Part shown: positions 46,840 to 58,241 of the stretch, piece by piece
How the letters are laid out: the number at the start of each line of letters is the position of its first letter
Numbering within the stretch: position 1 is the stretch's first letter
Source of the DNA: an uncultured Phascolarctobacterium sp.
Lineage (GTDB): Bacteria > Bacillota > Clostridia > Oscillospirales > Acutalibacteraceae
Assembly: GCA_963640645.1 (NCBI GenBank)
Contig: CAVHZY010000004.1
Coordinates: 16,228-80,227, forward strand
Direction: 5' to 3'
Length of the DNA: 64,000 bases
Notes under the pieces: model-generated
The model's database searches: none
What the model was told of the DNA's origin: nothing
The model's input: only the letters and a program-made list of their open reading frames with translations
Made by a program: the position numbers and the translations under genes

Positions 46840-46974
46840 TTATGCAGTCAGGCTCTTTCTGCCCTTTGCTCTGCGGCGAGCAATAACTTTGCGGCCGTTC
46901 TTATCGGACATTCTCTGACGGAAGCCGTGCACTTTAGCGCGATGACGCTTCTTCGGCTGATAAGTTCTTTTCAT
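46840..46974 (-). CDS. rpmH: 50S ribosomal protein L34
   Basis: 44 aa, [22 protein letters not shown]..., starting at ATG 46974. The 28 aa upstream in the ORF-track product are spurious. Confidence 0.97.
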   Translation of the reverse strand: MKRTYQPKKRHRAKVHGFRQRMSDKNGRKVIARRRAKGRKSLTA

Positions 46975-47028
46975 GAGTTTCCCTCCACTTCTTAAAGGAA
47001 TGTGAAAACAATTCACTTGCAAAACGGT

Positions 47029-47058
47029 ATTATAAAGGATAAGTACAAAATCTGTCAA
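47029..47058 (-). promoter_or_regulatory. rpmH promoter
   Basis: On the minus strand: -35 TTGACA, an 18-nt spacer, -10 TATAAT. Confidence 0.55.
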
Positions 47059-47147
47059 CCGTGAAAAGACAAAAAGCCTTTATTTATGCCAAAAATCAGG
47101 AGCCCTAAAATGGGGTCTTTTCAGGGCTCCTTTTCCCTACGATTTTA

Positions 47148-47176
47148 TTGAAAACAGGGGCCTTTTATGGTAGAAT
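47148..47176 (+). promoter_or_regulatory. dnaA promoter
   Basis: -35 TTGAAA, a 17-nt spacer, -10 TAGAAT, about 75 nt upstream of the TTG start. Confidence 0.5.
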
Positions 47177-47250
47177 TCATTAGTTAATATATTATGTAAT
47201 TTTATTACCTTTATAAGCAAAAAAATCATTTTTAGAACAGGAGAATTTAC

Positions 47251-48579
47251 TTGAAACTGGATTCTTATAATGATGTCTGGGCTTTGGTTTTGGAATACTG
47301 TAAAAGTAATGGCAAAATCAGTGATGCCGCCTACAATATCTGGCTGGCGCCCCTAAAACTGGTCTCTTTTGAAGAAGACAAACTGATTTTGGCAACCAGT
47401 TCCTTCAAAGCCAATATCATTCGCAGTAAATTTATGCCTCTGTTAAACGAAGCCTTTGAAGAAGTCATCGGTTTTCCCATTGACATTGAATTTGTAAATG
47501 ATACCGACGGAGAAAAAACAGAAAAGAAAGCAGAACCTTCCCGCTCTCCTTTTGGCGGCGGTACAGAAGAACTGACCTTTGATAATTTCGTTGTCGGGTC
47601 TTCCAACAAATTTGCTTATACGGCGGCCCAGTCGGTAGCCAATACACCGGGTCAGGCGTATAATCCGCTATTTATTTACGGACATTCCGGATTAGGTAAA
47701 ACCCATTTGTTACATGCCATTTGCACGGAAATCAAAAAGAATTATCCGGATGCCAAAATTATTTATACCAATGGCGAAGACTTTACCAATGAATTAGTCA
47801 GCTGGCTGGAAAAGAAACGTTCCATGCAGCAGTTTCATGATAAATACCGCACTGTAGATGTTCTGCTGATGGACGATATCCAGTTTATTGGCGGAAAAAC
47901 ACAGACCCAGGAGGAATTTTTCCACACATTCAATACGCTGGTTTCCGCCAATAAACAGATTGTATTGACCTCTGACCGGCCGCCGAAGGAAATTCCGTTG
48001 TTGGAAGACCGCATTCGTACCCGGTTTGAATGGGGCCTGATTGCAGACATTCAGCCACCGGATATTGAAACCCGGATGGCCATCATAAAACGGAAAGCCG
48101 AATATTACAATCTGGATCTTCCGGATGAAATTGTGCAGTACATCGCAGAAAAAATAAAAAGCAATGTCCGGCAACTGGAAGGCACCGTTAAAAAGCTGGA
48201 TGCCTATTACACCATCAATGGACACGAAATTAATATCCAGACAGCGCAAAAAGCCATTAAGGATATTATGACGGACAATCAGCCTGTTCCGGTTACCATA
48301 GACAAGATTTTGAATGAAGTGGCCAGAACCTATGGCGTTTCCGTAGATGCCATCACGTCTAACCGCAGAAACCAGGAAGTGGTGGAAGCCAGACAGATTG
48401 CCATGTATGTTATTCGGGAAGTAACAGACTTGTCCATGGAAAAGATTGGCGCCGAATTTGGAAACCGGCATCACTCCACCATCATCTACAGCATTAAAGA
48501 AGTAGAAAAAGATATGGAAACCAATCCAAGTGTAAAACATACCGTACAGAATATTATTAATAACGTAAATAATACCTGA
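47251..48579 (+). CDS. dnaA: chromosomal replication initiator DnaA (TTG start)
   Basis: 442 aa with AAA+ Walker A GHSGLGKTHL, box VII, and a C-terminal DNA-binding helix (HSTIIYS). The SD AGGAG lies 8 nt before the TTG. Confidence 0.97.
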   Translation: MKLDSYNDVWALVLEYCKSNGKISDAAYNIWLAPLKLVSFEEDKLILATSSFKANIIRSKFMPLLNEAFEEVIGFPIDIEFVNDTDGEKTEKKAEPSRSPFGGGTEELTFDNFVVGSSNKFAYTAAQSVANTPGQAYNPLFIYGHSGLGKTHLLHAICTEIKKNYPDAKIIYTNGEDFTNELVSWLEKKRSMQQFHDKYRTVDVLLMDDIQFIGGKTQTQEEFFHTFNTLVSANKQIVLTSDRPPKEIPLLEDRIRTRFEWGLIADIQPPDIETRMAIIKRKAEYYNLDLPDEIVQYIAEKIKSNVRQLEGTVKKLDAYYTINGHEINIQTAQKAIKDIMTDNQPVPVTIDKILNEVARTYGVSVDAITSNRRNQEVVEARQIAMYVIREVTDLSMEKIGAEFGNRHHSTIIYSIKEVEKDMETNPSVKHTVQNIINNVNNT

Positions 48580-48810
48580 GTTTTCCACTTATTATTCTTT
48601 TTCCACAATCTGTTTTGCACGTTTTAGACTTTTTCTATTTTGCTTAGGCTTCTTTTCCTCTTTTTTCCTCCCTTTTCTTTTTGCAGTCTTACAAAAACTT
48701 TTGGCACAGAATAAGACAAAAAGAAGCTTTTCCGCAATTTACACCAACACTACTACTACTACTAGAATAATTCTTTTTTATGTTTCTTAAAAAAGGAGGA
48801 CCGAAACAAA
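48580..48810. other. oriC unwinding module in the dnaA-dnaN spacer
   Basis: Contains DnaA-box variants TTTTCCACT (48581-48589), TTTTCCACA (48599-48607) and TTTTCCGCA (48728-48736). A pyrimidine-rich tract follows, then (CTA)5 at 48750-48764 and an AT-rich stretch before the dnaN SD. Confidence 0.7.
48750..48764. repeat. (CTA)5 trinucleotide array, i.e. five 5'-TAG-3' trios on the minus strand
   Basis: Read directly as caacaCTACTACTACTACTAgaataatt. Confidence 0.9.
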
Positions 48811-49917
48811 ATGAAAATTATTTGCAGTACCGAATTACTGAACCAGGCCTGTCAGAATATTCAGCGTGTGGTTTCTTCCAAAACATCCATTCCGGCAATT
48901 GAAGGTATTTTTATGCAGGCTTCTAACGGAAAGCTTTCCTTAACCGGTTATGATCTGGAAGTTGGAATTCATACTAACCTGGAAGTTAAGGTAGAAGAAG
49001 AAGGCAGCATTGTTATTAATGCCCGCATTCTTTGTGACATTTTAAGAAGACTTCCGGCAGAATCCGTCATGATTGAAGCGGATGAAAGACAGCTCTGTGT
49101 TATCCGTTGCGGAGAAGTAGAATATAAGATTGTTGGTATTGCCGCAGAAGAGTATCCGGAACTGCCGTCCATCTCCGGCGGTGTACCGGTTCTGGTAGAC
49201 GCTGATGTTTTAAGCCAGATGGTAAAGCAGACTATTTTTGCTGTTTCTACCAATGACACCAAAGTCATTCATACCGGCGTCAAGTTTGAAATTAAGGCAG
49301 GGGAACTGCGTTTAATTGCTGTTGACGGATTCCGCATGGCCATTCGGACCGAAAAAATCAATTATGACGGCGAAGATTTACAATTTGTTGTTCCGGCAAA
49401 AACCCTTTCCGAAGTTATCAAATTGTTAGATGATGCCGATGTAGTTTCTCTGAATGTTGCCAAGCGGCATATTATTTTTGAAGTAGGTTCTTACAGTGTT
49501 ATTTCCCGTCTGCTGGACGGAGAATTTCTGGATTATCATGCAGCCGTTCCCAAGACACACAGCACAGAGGTTCTGGTAGACGTAAAAACGCTTATGGATT
49601 CCATTGACCGTACCTCTTTGTTAATTACGGACCGTCTGAAAAGTCCGTTACGCTGCATCTTTGATGAAAATGTCATTCGCATCAGCACAACCACAACGCT
49701 TGGTACGGCCAATGACAGATTGCCCGCAACCATCCAGGGGGATCGCGTGGAAATCGGTTTTAATAACCGTTTCTTACTGGACGCCCTTCGGGTTTGCAAT
49801 CAGGAAAAAGTAAAAATTACCCTGAATGGACCGCTGTCTCCTATTACCATTATTCCAACAGAAGGTAACAGCTTTTTGTTCTTAGTACTTCCGGTTCGTT
49901 TACGGAATGAAGGCTAA
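48811..49917 (+). CDS. dnaN: DNA polymerase III beta sliding clamp
   Basis: 368 aa with three-domain clamp architecture, starting MKIICSTELLNQA. Canonical position after dnaA. Confidence 0.96.
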   Translation: MKIICSTELLNQACQNIQRVVSSKTSIPAIEGIFMQASNGKLSLTGYDLEVGIHTNLEVKVEEEGSIVINARILCDILRRLPAESVMIEADERQLCVIRCGEVEYKIVGIAAEEYPELPSISGGVPVLVDADVLSQMVKQTIFAVSTNDTKVIHTGVKFEIKAGELRLIAVDGFRMAIRTEKINYDGEDLQFVVPAKTLSEVIKLLDDADVVSLNVAKRHIIFEVGSYSVISRLLDGEFLDYHAAVPKTHSTEVLVDVKTLMDSIDRTSLLITDRLKSPLRCIFDENVIRISTTTTLGTANDRLPATIQGDRVEIGFNNRFLLDALRVCNQEKVKITLNGPLSPITIIPTEGNSFLFLVLPVRLRNEG

Positions 49918-49933
49918 AAGGAATTAAGATATT

Positions 49934-51043
49934 ATGAAAGTCAATTCCTTGCTTTTGGATCAGTACAGAAATATTGATCACATGGAATTTTCTCCGGTTT
50001 CCGGCGTCAATGTCATTTACGGGGAAAATGCCCAGGGAAAGACCAATCTACTGGAGGCCATCTGGTTATTTACCGGTCTTCGCAGTTTTCGTGGTTCCAA
50101 AGAAAAAGAACAGGTCCGGTTCGGACAAAAGCAGGCGCGGCTGGAAATGAATTACTTTAATGATGTACGGGAGCAGACCGCTGTCATCACCATTAATGAA
50201 AAGAAAAAGGCCAGTGTTGGCGGTGTCTCTTATCCCTCCTGTTCTGCTTTATGTGGTGAATTTTTAGGAGTTATTTTTTCGCCGGGCCACCTGAGCCTGA
50301 TTCAGGGCGGGCCGACCGAACGCCGGAAATTTTTAAACCAGGCGCTGTGTCAGCTGCGGCCGAATTATGCCGGAAAAATGACGCAATATCATCACATTCT
50401 GCAACAAAGAAATATTCTGTTAAAAGATATTACCTATCATTCAGAACTTCTGGATACCCTGGATGTTTGGGATGAAACGCTGGCAGCGCTCAGCGCCTCT
50501 TTAATCTGGGCCAGAAAACAGTATTTAACGGAATTAACAGGAAATCTGGAAGAGTTTTACGGCGGAATTTCCGGCGGCAGGGAAGAAATATCCCTTTCCT
50601 ATCTTTCTGCCGGTCCGCTGGAAGGTACTTCCGAAGCACAGTTGCAGGAAGAAATGAAATTGCTGATTCGGAACAGCCGGAAAGAAGATCTGATTGCAGG
50701 ATACACTACGGTCGGCCCACACAGAGATGACCTTGAAATCAGGCTCAACGGTCTGCCGGCCAAAAATTTTGGTTCCCAGGGACAGCAACGTTCCTGCGCA
50801 TTAAGTTTGAAAATGGCAGAAGCCGCCATTGTTCATAAAACCACCGGGAAGCAACCCGTTGCTTTACTGGATGACGTTATGAGTGAACTGGATAGTAGAA
50901 GACAGGATTATCTTCTGAATCATATTGAAGGATGGCAGGTTTTCATTACCTGTTGTGAACCATCCCATATTTTATTGTCAAAAACAGATGACAGTGGAAA
51001 TCTGTTTGAATTGAAAGGAGGACACTTATGTTCCTCCATTTAG
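49934..51043 (+). CDS. recF: DNA replication/repair protein RecF
   Basis: Walker A GENAQGKTNLLEAI, signature SQGQQRS, and Walker B LLDDVMSELD. Confidence 0.95.
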   Translation: MKVNSLLLDQYRNIDHMEFSPVSGVNVIYGENAQGKTNLLEAIWLFTGLRSFRGSKEKEQVRFGQKQARLEMNYFNDVREQTAVITINEKKKASVGGVSYPSCSALCGEFLGVIFSPGHLSLIQGGPTERRKFLNQALCQLRPNYAGKMTQYHHILQQRNILLKDITYHSELLDTLDVWDETLAALSASLIWARKQYLTELTGNLEEFYGGISGGREEISLSYLSAGPLEGTSEAQLQEEMKLLIRNSRKEDLIAGYTTVGPHRDDLEIRLNGLPAKNFGSQGQQRSCALSLKMAEAAIVHKTTGKQPVALLDDVMSELDSRRQDYLLNHIEGWQVFITCCEPSHILLSKTDDSGNLFELKGGHLCSSI

Positions 51044-51285
51044 GACAGGATACGGTTATTCGCACAGACCAGATTATAGGAGTCTTTGATTTAGATAACA
51101 CCACTATTTCGGCTCACAGCCGGAATTTTCTTACCCGGGCCCAAAAGGCCGGACGGGTAAAAACCGTTTCTTATGAACTTCCCAAAAGTTTTGTTGTCTG
51201 TCTGGAAGCAGATGGACAGGAAACGGTTTATCTTTCGCAATTATCCACCCAGACCCTGTTGGGTCGGTACAAAAGTATAGGATAA
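51028..51285 (+). CDS. remB: DUF370 protein (RemB/YaaB-like)
   Basis: 85 aa lying between recF and gyrB, as yaaB does in Bacillus. Shows an IIGVFDLD...FL pattern. Confidence 0.7.
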   Translation: MFLHLGQDTVIRTDQIIGVFDLDNTTISAHSRNFLTRAQKAGRVKTVSYELPKSFVVCLEADGQETVYLSQLSTQTLLGRYKSIG

Positions 51286-53319
<2,034 letters not shown>

Positions 53320-53336
53320 GGGGAGGGGAATGAACC

Positions 53337-55838
53337 ATGTCTAAAGCAAGTGCAGAAATGCAGAAACAAAAAGAACAGGAGTTCCGTGACAACCTGGAGC
53401 TCCAGCATATTGTAGATGTAGATCTGAACAAGGAAATGCGCAAATCCTTCCTTGACTACTCTATGTCCGTTATTGTGCAGCGTGCCCTCCCGGATGTCCG
53501 GGACGGATTAAAGCCGGTTCACAGAAGAATTTTATACACCATGTATGAAAACGGCCTTTACCCGGATAAACCGTACCGGAAGTGTGCGGATACCGTTGGT
53601 AACGTGCTTGGTAAATATCATCCCCACGGCGATGCATCGGTTTACGATGCTATGGTTCGCTTAGCCCAGAACTTTTCCATGCGTTATACGCTGGTAGACG
53701 GTCATGGTAACTTCGGTTCCATTGACGGGGACCCACCTGCTGCTTACCGTTATACGGAATCCCGTATGAGCAAGCTTTCCTTGAAGATGCTCTCGGATAT
53801 TGATAAGGACACCGTTGATTTCCAGCCGAACTATGATGATCGTCTGAAAGAGCCAACGGTACTTCCTTCCCGTTATCCGAATCTGTTGGTAAACGGATCT
53901 ATGGGTATTGCAGTTGGTATGGCTACCAATATTCCGCCGCATAACCTGAAAGAAGTTATTGACGGTATGTGTGCAGTCATTGATAATCCGGAAATTGGTC
54001 TGGCAGAATTAATGGAACATATTCCCGGTCCTGACTTCCCAACAGCCGGTATTATTATGGGACGCTCCGGCATTCGGGCAGCTTATGCCACCGGACGCGG
54101 CAAAATTACGGTTCGTGCAAGAACAGAAATTGTAGAAAAGAAAAACGGTCGTTTTGAAATTAAAGTTACGGAAATTCCTTATAACGTAAATAAAGCCAGA
54201 CTGATTGAAAGTATGGCAGACCTGGTAAAGGAAAAGCGAATTGAAGGAATTGCCGATATTAACGACTATTCTTCCATGCATGGCATGTATATTTCCATCG
54301 ACCTGAAGCGGGATGCCAATCCGCAGGTGGTACTGAATCAATTGTTCCAGTACACCCAACTGCAGACGTCGTTCGGAGTTATTAATCTGGCTATTGTAGA
54401 TGGTCAGCCGAAGATTCTGACTTTAAAAGAAATTCTGCAGGAATATATTTCTTTCCAGTGTGATGTTATCCGCAGACGGACAGAATATGAATTAAAGAAA
54501 GCTTCTGACCGTGCTCACATTCTGGACGGTCTGGCAAGAGCCATCGATATTGTAGATGACATTATTGCTACCATTCGTGCCACCAAGGGTGGTCAGGCAG
54601 AAGCCAAAGCGGCCATCATGGAAAAATTTGACTTTGATGACCCGCAGGCGTCCGCCATTGTTGCCTTCCGTTTAGGACAGTTGGCCGGTCTGGAAATCAA
54701 GAAGATTCTGGACGAACAGGAAGCCCTGAAAGAAAAAATTGCAACCTACCAGGCTATGCTGGCGGATAAGCAGCTGATTCTGGATGAAATTAAGACAGAA
54801 GCCCGCGCCATTGGAGATAAGTTCTCCGATGAACGCCGCACGGAAATTTGTAACGTTTCCGGAGAAATGGATATTGAAGATCTGATTCCGGAAGAAGAAA
54901 ATATTATAACCCTGACAAAGCTGGGATATATTAAACGGCAGGCAACCGATGTCTATCGCCTGCAAAAGCGCGGCGGCCGCGGCATTTCCAGCATGAATCG
55001 CCGGGAAGAGGACGTTACGGAAACCATGTTCAGCTGTTCCAGCCATGACTATGTTATGTTCTTTACCAATCAGGGCCGCTGTTACCGGATCAAGGCTTAT
55101 GAAATTCAGGAAGCCAGCCGCACCAGCCGCGGAATGAACGTGGTTAATGTGTTACCGTTGCAGCCGGAAGAAAAAGTAACTGCGCTGATTAAACTGGAAG
55201 ATCCGGAAGCAGATGCCTACATTTGCATGGTAACCCGTGCCGGTATCATTAAGAGAACGGCACTGTCTGATTATAAAAATGTCAGACGGAGTGGCCTGAT
55301 TGCCATTAACTTAGACGAGGGCGATGAACTGGCCTGGGTAAAATTAACCAGTGGTCAGGATGATTTGCTGGTGGCAACCCATGAAGGCATGTGTATCCGT
55401 TTCCATGAAACGGACGCCAGAACCCTGGGGCGTACCGCCCGTGGTGTAAAATCCATTGCCTTTAAGAAAGACGGGGACTACGTGGTTGGCTTTGATGTCT
55501 TAGATGACACCGGAACTGTTTTGACCGTTTCCGAAAAGGGTTATGGAAGACGCTCTTTCCCGGACAATTATCCGGTGCAGAACCGTGGTGGTTCCGGCCG
55601 CATCAATTACCGCGTAGAAAAATATGGAAAAGTGGCTGCACTTCGTGTGGTACATGACACCGAAGATATTATGTTAATTTCGGCTTCCGGCATTATGATT
55701 CGAATTGAATCCGGAGCCATCAATTGTGCTTCCCGTCCGGCAAAGGGTGTAAAAGTCATGCGGATTTCGGATGACGACAAATTAATTACCCTTTCTGCCG
55801 TAGAACATACAGAAGAACCTGAATCCACAGAAAATTAA
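53337..55838 (+). CDS. gyrA: DNA gyrase subunit A
   Basis: [25 protein letters not shown], active-site Tyr context AAYRYTE, and a C-terminal beta-pinwheel domain. Confidence 0.97.
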   Translation: MSKASAEMQKQKEQEFRDNLELQHIVDVDLNKEMRKSFLDYSMSVIVQRALPDVRDGLKPVHRRILYTMYENGLYPDKPYRKCADTVGNVLGKYHPHGDASVYDAMVRLAQNFSMRYTLVDGHGNFGSIDGDPPAAYRYTESRMSKLSLKMLSDIDKDTVDFQPNYDDRLKEPTVLPSRYPNLLVNGSMGIAVGMATNIPPHNLKEVIDGMCAVIDNPEIGLAELMEHIPGPDFPTAGIIMGRSGIRAAYATGRGKITVRARTEIVEKKNGRFEIKVTEIPYNVNKARLIESMADLVKEKRIEGIADINDYSSMHGMYISIDLKRDANPQVVLNQLFQYTQLQTSFGVINLAIVDGQPKILTLKEILQEYISFQCDVIRRRTEYELKKASDRAHILDGLARAIDIVDDIIATIRATKGGQAEAKAAIMEKFDFDDPQASAIVAFRLGQLAGLEIKKILDEQEALKEKIATYQAMLADKQLILDEIKTEARAIGDKFSDERRTEICNVSGEMDIEDLIPEEENIITLTKLGYIKRQATDVYRLQKRGGRGISSMNRREEDVTETMFSCSSHDYVMFFTNQGRCYRIKAYEIQEASRTSRGMNVVNVLPLQPEEKVTALIKLEDPEADAYICMVTRAGIIKRTALSDYKNVRRSGLIAINLDEGDELAWVKLTSGQDDLLVATHEGMCIRFHETDARTLGRTARGVKSIAFKKDGDYVVGFDVLDDTGTVLTVSEKGYGRRSFPDNYPVQNRGGSGRINYRVEKYGKVAALRVVHDTEDIMLISASGIMIRIESGAINCASRPAKGVKVMRISDDDKLITLSAVEHTEEPESTEN

Positions 55839-55856
55839 CAAGTTTGGAGCAGTTTT

Positions 55857-57518
55857 ATGGACGAACATCAATTTGACGGCGAAATGGTGGAATTCTTAAA
55901 AGAATTAAACGCCTTCGAACAGAAAGTAAAAAAGGAAGTGGCAGATAAACTGTCTGTTCCGGAAGAAAATGGACAGACCGAAGAACCCTCTTCCGATGAG
56001 GAGCGGGAAGTAGAACAATGGCTTGCAGAACAAAGTCAGGTACAACCGCAGGTAGCAACTCCAGAACAGCCCCAGGCACAAGCTACACCACAAAATTACT
56101 GGTTTAAAGAACAGGAAGCCCCTTATACTTCAGCTGAAGAGTTCTTTTCAGAAGAAATTCTGCCGGAAGAACCGATGCCGCAGGAAACAGGAAAAAATAA
56201 GAAGCAGGCAAAGAAAAAGAAGCCTCGTAAAAAATGGTCAAAAACCAAGAAAATTTTAATGAGCATTATTTGTGTTTTGCTGGCTTTGCTTCTTGCCGGT
56301 GGCGGATTCCTATGGAGTAAGCTGAGCCTGATTAATACCGGTGGGGAAGACTGGGAAGAAGTAGACACCATGGAAGATGACATAGATGCTGCTTCCATAG
56401 ACAGTATTACAGATGCCACGTCCTTAACTGCCTGGCTGAAAGCCTGGCATAATAATGGCGGGGACCATATGTCCAGCAAATACGTCAAAAATATTCTTTT
56501 ATTAGGCGTAGACAGTGACTCTTCCCTTTCTGACACCATGATGTTGGTTTCTGTTAACCGTAAGACCAAGAAAATTTCAATGGTTTCTTTTTACCGGGAC
56601 AGTTATACCTATGTAAAACGGAAAAATGGAAAAGAATCTTATACCAAACTGAATGCAGCTTATAGCTATGGTGGCGCAGAATTAGTTCGTTCCACCATTG
56701 AAAATAACTATAAAATCAAGATAGATGAATACGCTTTGGTAGATTATGATTCCTTCCCGAAAGTCATTGATGCTTTGGGCGGAGTTACGGTTAACGTAAC
56801 GGAAAAAGAAGCGGCCTATCTGAATAAGACTTGGTGGAAGTGGTCCCGGACCGGAAATAAAATTTCCTTTACTTCCGGAAACATGAAAATGGATGGCGAA
56901 CACGCTTTAATGTATTGCCGGATTCGAAAACTGGATTCTGATGTAAACCGGACCGAACGGCAAAGAAAAGTAATAGATGCCATTATTGATAAGGCACAGG
57001 ATGCTTCCGCTTCCCAGCTAAACAATATGGTAAATACGGTATTCCCGTATGTTACTACCAGTATGACAAAGACCAAAATTCTCAGCTATGGAACACAGGC
57101 ATTAAGTGAGAGCTGGATTAGCTGGCCACGTTCCCAGGCTACCATGCCAACGGACGAATACTGTCTGCCTGGATATGCCGGAACCCAGTGGATCTGGCTG
57201 TGTGACTACGAAGGTTCTGCTTATGAATTGCAAATGCAATTATATGGAAAGAGCAATATTTCCCTTGCCAAGAACCGCGTATCGCCGTTAAGCTTCTCTT
57301 CTTCTTATTCGGAAAATACAACCTCTGCTTCCACTAAAAAGAGCAGCGGCAGTACCGGAAAATCTTCTACCCGTTCCTATAGTACCAAGTCCAGCACCAC
57401 CAACTTTGGGGATGATTTAATAGAAGAATTATCCGGCAAACAGCCACAGAAGAGTACCAGTAGTACCACTGCTAAAGCTTCTTCTTCCAGTTCTTCCACA
57501 AGACGAAGAGTTTTCTAA
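55857..57518 (+). CDS. LCP (LytR-CpsA-Psr) family cell-wall glycopolymer transferase
   Basis: A ~130-aa acidic N-terminal cytoplasmic region, one TM segment, the LCP core (ILLLGVDSDSSLSDTMMLVSVN...RDSY), and an S/T-rich tail. Confidence 0.85.
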   Translation: MDEHQFDGEMVEFLKELNAFEQKVKKEVADKLSVPEENGQTEEPSSDEEREVEQWLAEQSQVQPQVATPEQPQAQATPQNYWFKEQEAPYTSAEEFFSEEILPEEPMPQETGKNKKQAKKKKPRKKWSKTKKILMSIICVLLALLLAGGGFLWSKLSLINTGGEDWEEVDTMEDDIDAASIDSITDATSLTAWLKAWHNNGGDHMSSKYVKNILLLGVDSDSSLSDTMMLVSVNRKTKKISMVSFYRDSYTYVKRKNGKESYTKLNAAYSYGGAELVRSTIENNYKIKIDEYALVDYDSFPKVIDALGGVTVNVTEKEAAYLNKTWWKWSRTGNKISFTSGNMKMDGEHALMYCRIRKLDSDVNRTERQRKVIDAIIDKAQDASASQLNNMVNTVFPYVTTSMTKTKILSYGTQALSESWISWPRSQATMPTDEYCLPGYAGTQWIWLCDYEGSAYELQMQLYGKSNISLAKNRVSPLSFSSSYSENTTSASTKKSSGSTGKSSTRSYSTKSSTTNFGDDLIEELSGKQPQKSTSSTTAKASSSSSSTRRRVF

Positions 57519-57554
57519 ATAGGGAAAAACTGACTCGCAGAAAAAAAGACAAAA

Positions 57555-57593
57555 TAAAAAACAGAGCTACCGGAAAAGTAGCTCTGTTTTTTG
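57555..57593. terminator. bidirectional terminator between the LCP gene and the dCMP deaminase gene
   Basis: ACAGAGCUAC-cggaaaa-GUAGCUCUGU, flanked by an A-run and a U-run. Confidence 0.8.
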
Positions 57594-57620
57594 TGGAAAT
57601 GTGGAAAACAGGGGAAGAAA

Positions 57621-58118
57621 TCAGATGTCCTCTTCCCGGAAATCAATGGTCAGCTCCTGGTGTACGCCCTTTAACTGGTAATAGCGGACACCGGCGGCAT
57701 CAAACATTTTTTTAGAGGCACGTGTGCCGTCTGTTTCCGCGTACTTATCGGAAATATAAACTACTTCTCGGATACCAGACTGGATAATGGCCTTGGCACA
57801 TTCGTTGCAGGGGAACAGCGCAACATAAATTTTGCAGCCTTGCAGGGAGCCACCGGCGTGGTTTAAGATGGCGTTCAGTTCCGCGTGGCAAACGAAGGGA
57901 TATTTGGTGTTTAAGGCAGCGCCTTCGCGATCCCAGGGAAAGTCGTCATCGTTGCACCCAATGGGAAGTCCGTTATAACCGACGGACATAATTTTGTTGT
58001 TGTGGTTTACAATGCAGGCGCCAACCTGTGTATTTGGGTCCTTACTCCGCATGGCGGAAAGTAATGCAATGCCCATAAAATATTCATCCCAACTGATATA
58101 ATCTTCCCGCTTTGCCAT
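57621..58118 (-). CDS. deoxycytidylate (dCMP) deaminase, ComEB type
   Basis: Zinc motifs HAELNAI and PCNECAK. 165 aa. Confidence 0.9.
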   Translation of the reverse strand: MAKREDYISWDEYFMGIALLSAMRSKDPNTQVGACIVNHNNKIMSVGYNGLPIGCNDDDFPWDREGAALNTKYPFVCHAELNAILNHAGGSLQGCKIYVALFPCNECAKAIIQSGIREVVYISDKYAETDGTRASKKMFDAAGVRYYQLKGVHQELTIDFREEDI

Positions 58119-58178
58119 AGAAAGAAACCTCCGTTTTTCTTGTTTTATCAGAACAATTCTAGCAAAACTCTATTTTCT

Positions 58179-58207
58179 TTTCAACACGGGCGAGATAGTG
58201 TTATACT
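58179..58207 (+). promoter_or_regulatory. candidate promoter of the AI-2E gene
   Basis: -35 TTTCAA, a 17-nt spacer, then TGtTATACT. Confidence 0.4.
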
Positions 58208-58241
58208 ATCCCAAAAGAATGCAAAAAAGGAGTCGGGCGCT

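Noticed and set aside
47794-48588. A 264-aa minus-strand ORF antisense to dnaA.
   Set aside because: The dnaA frame is unambiguous (AAA+ and domain IV motifs). The antisense product has no motif or SD.
48750-48764. (CTA)5 as a contingency (phase-variation) microsatellite.
   Set aside because: It is intergenic and not within a promoter spacer or coding region. It sits next to DnaA boxes and an AT-rich tract, so a DnaA-trio reading is more parsimonious. It is kept as a finding under that interpretation.
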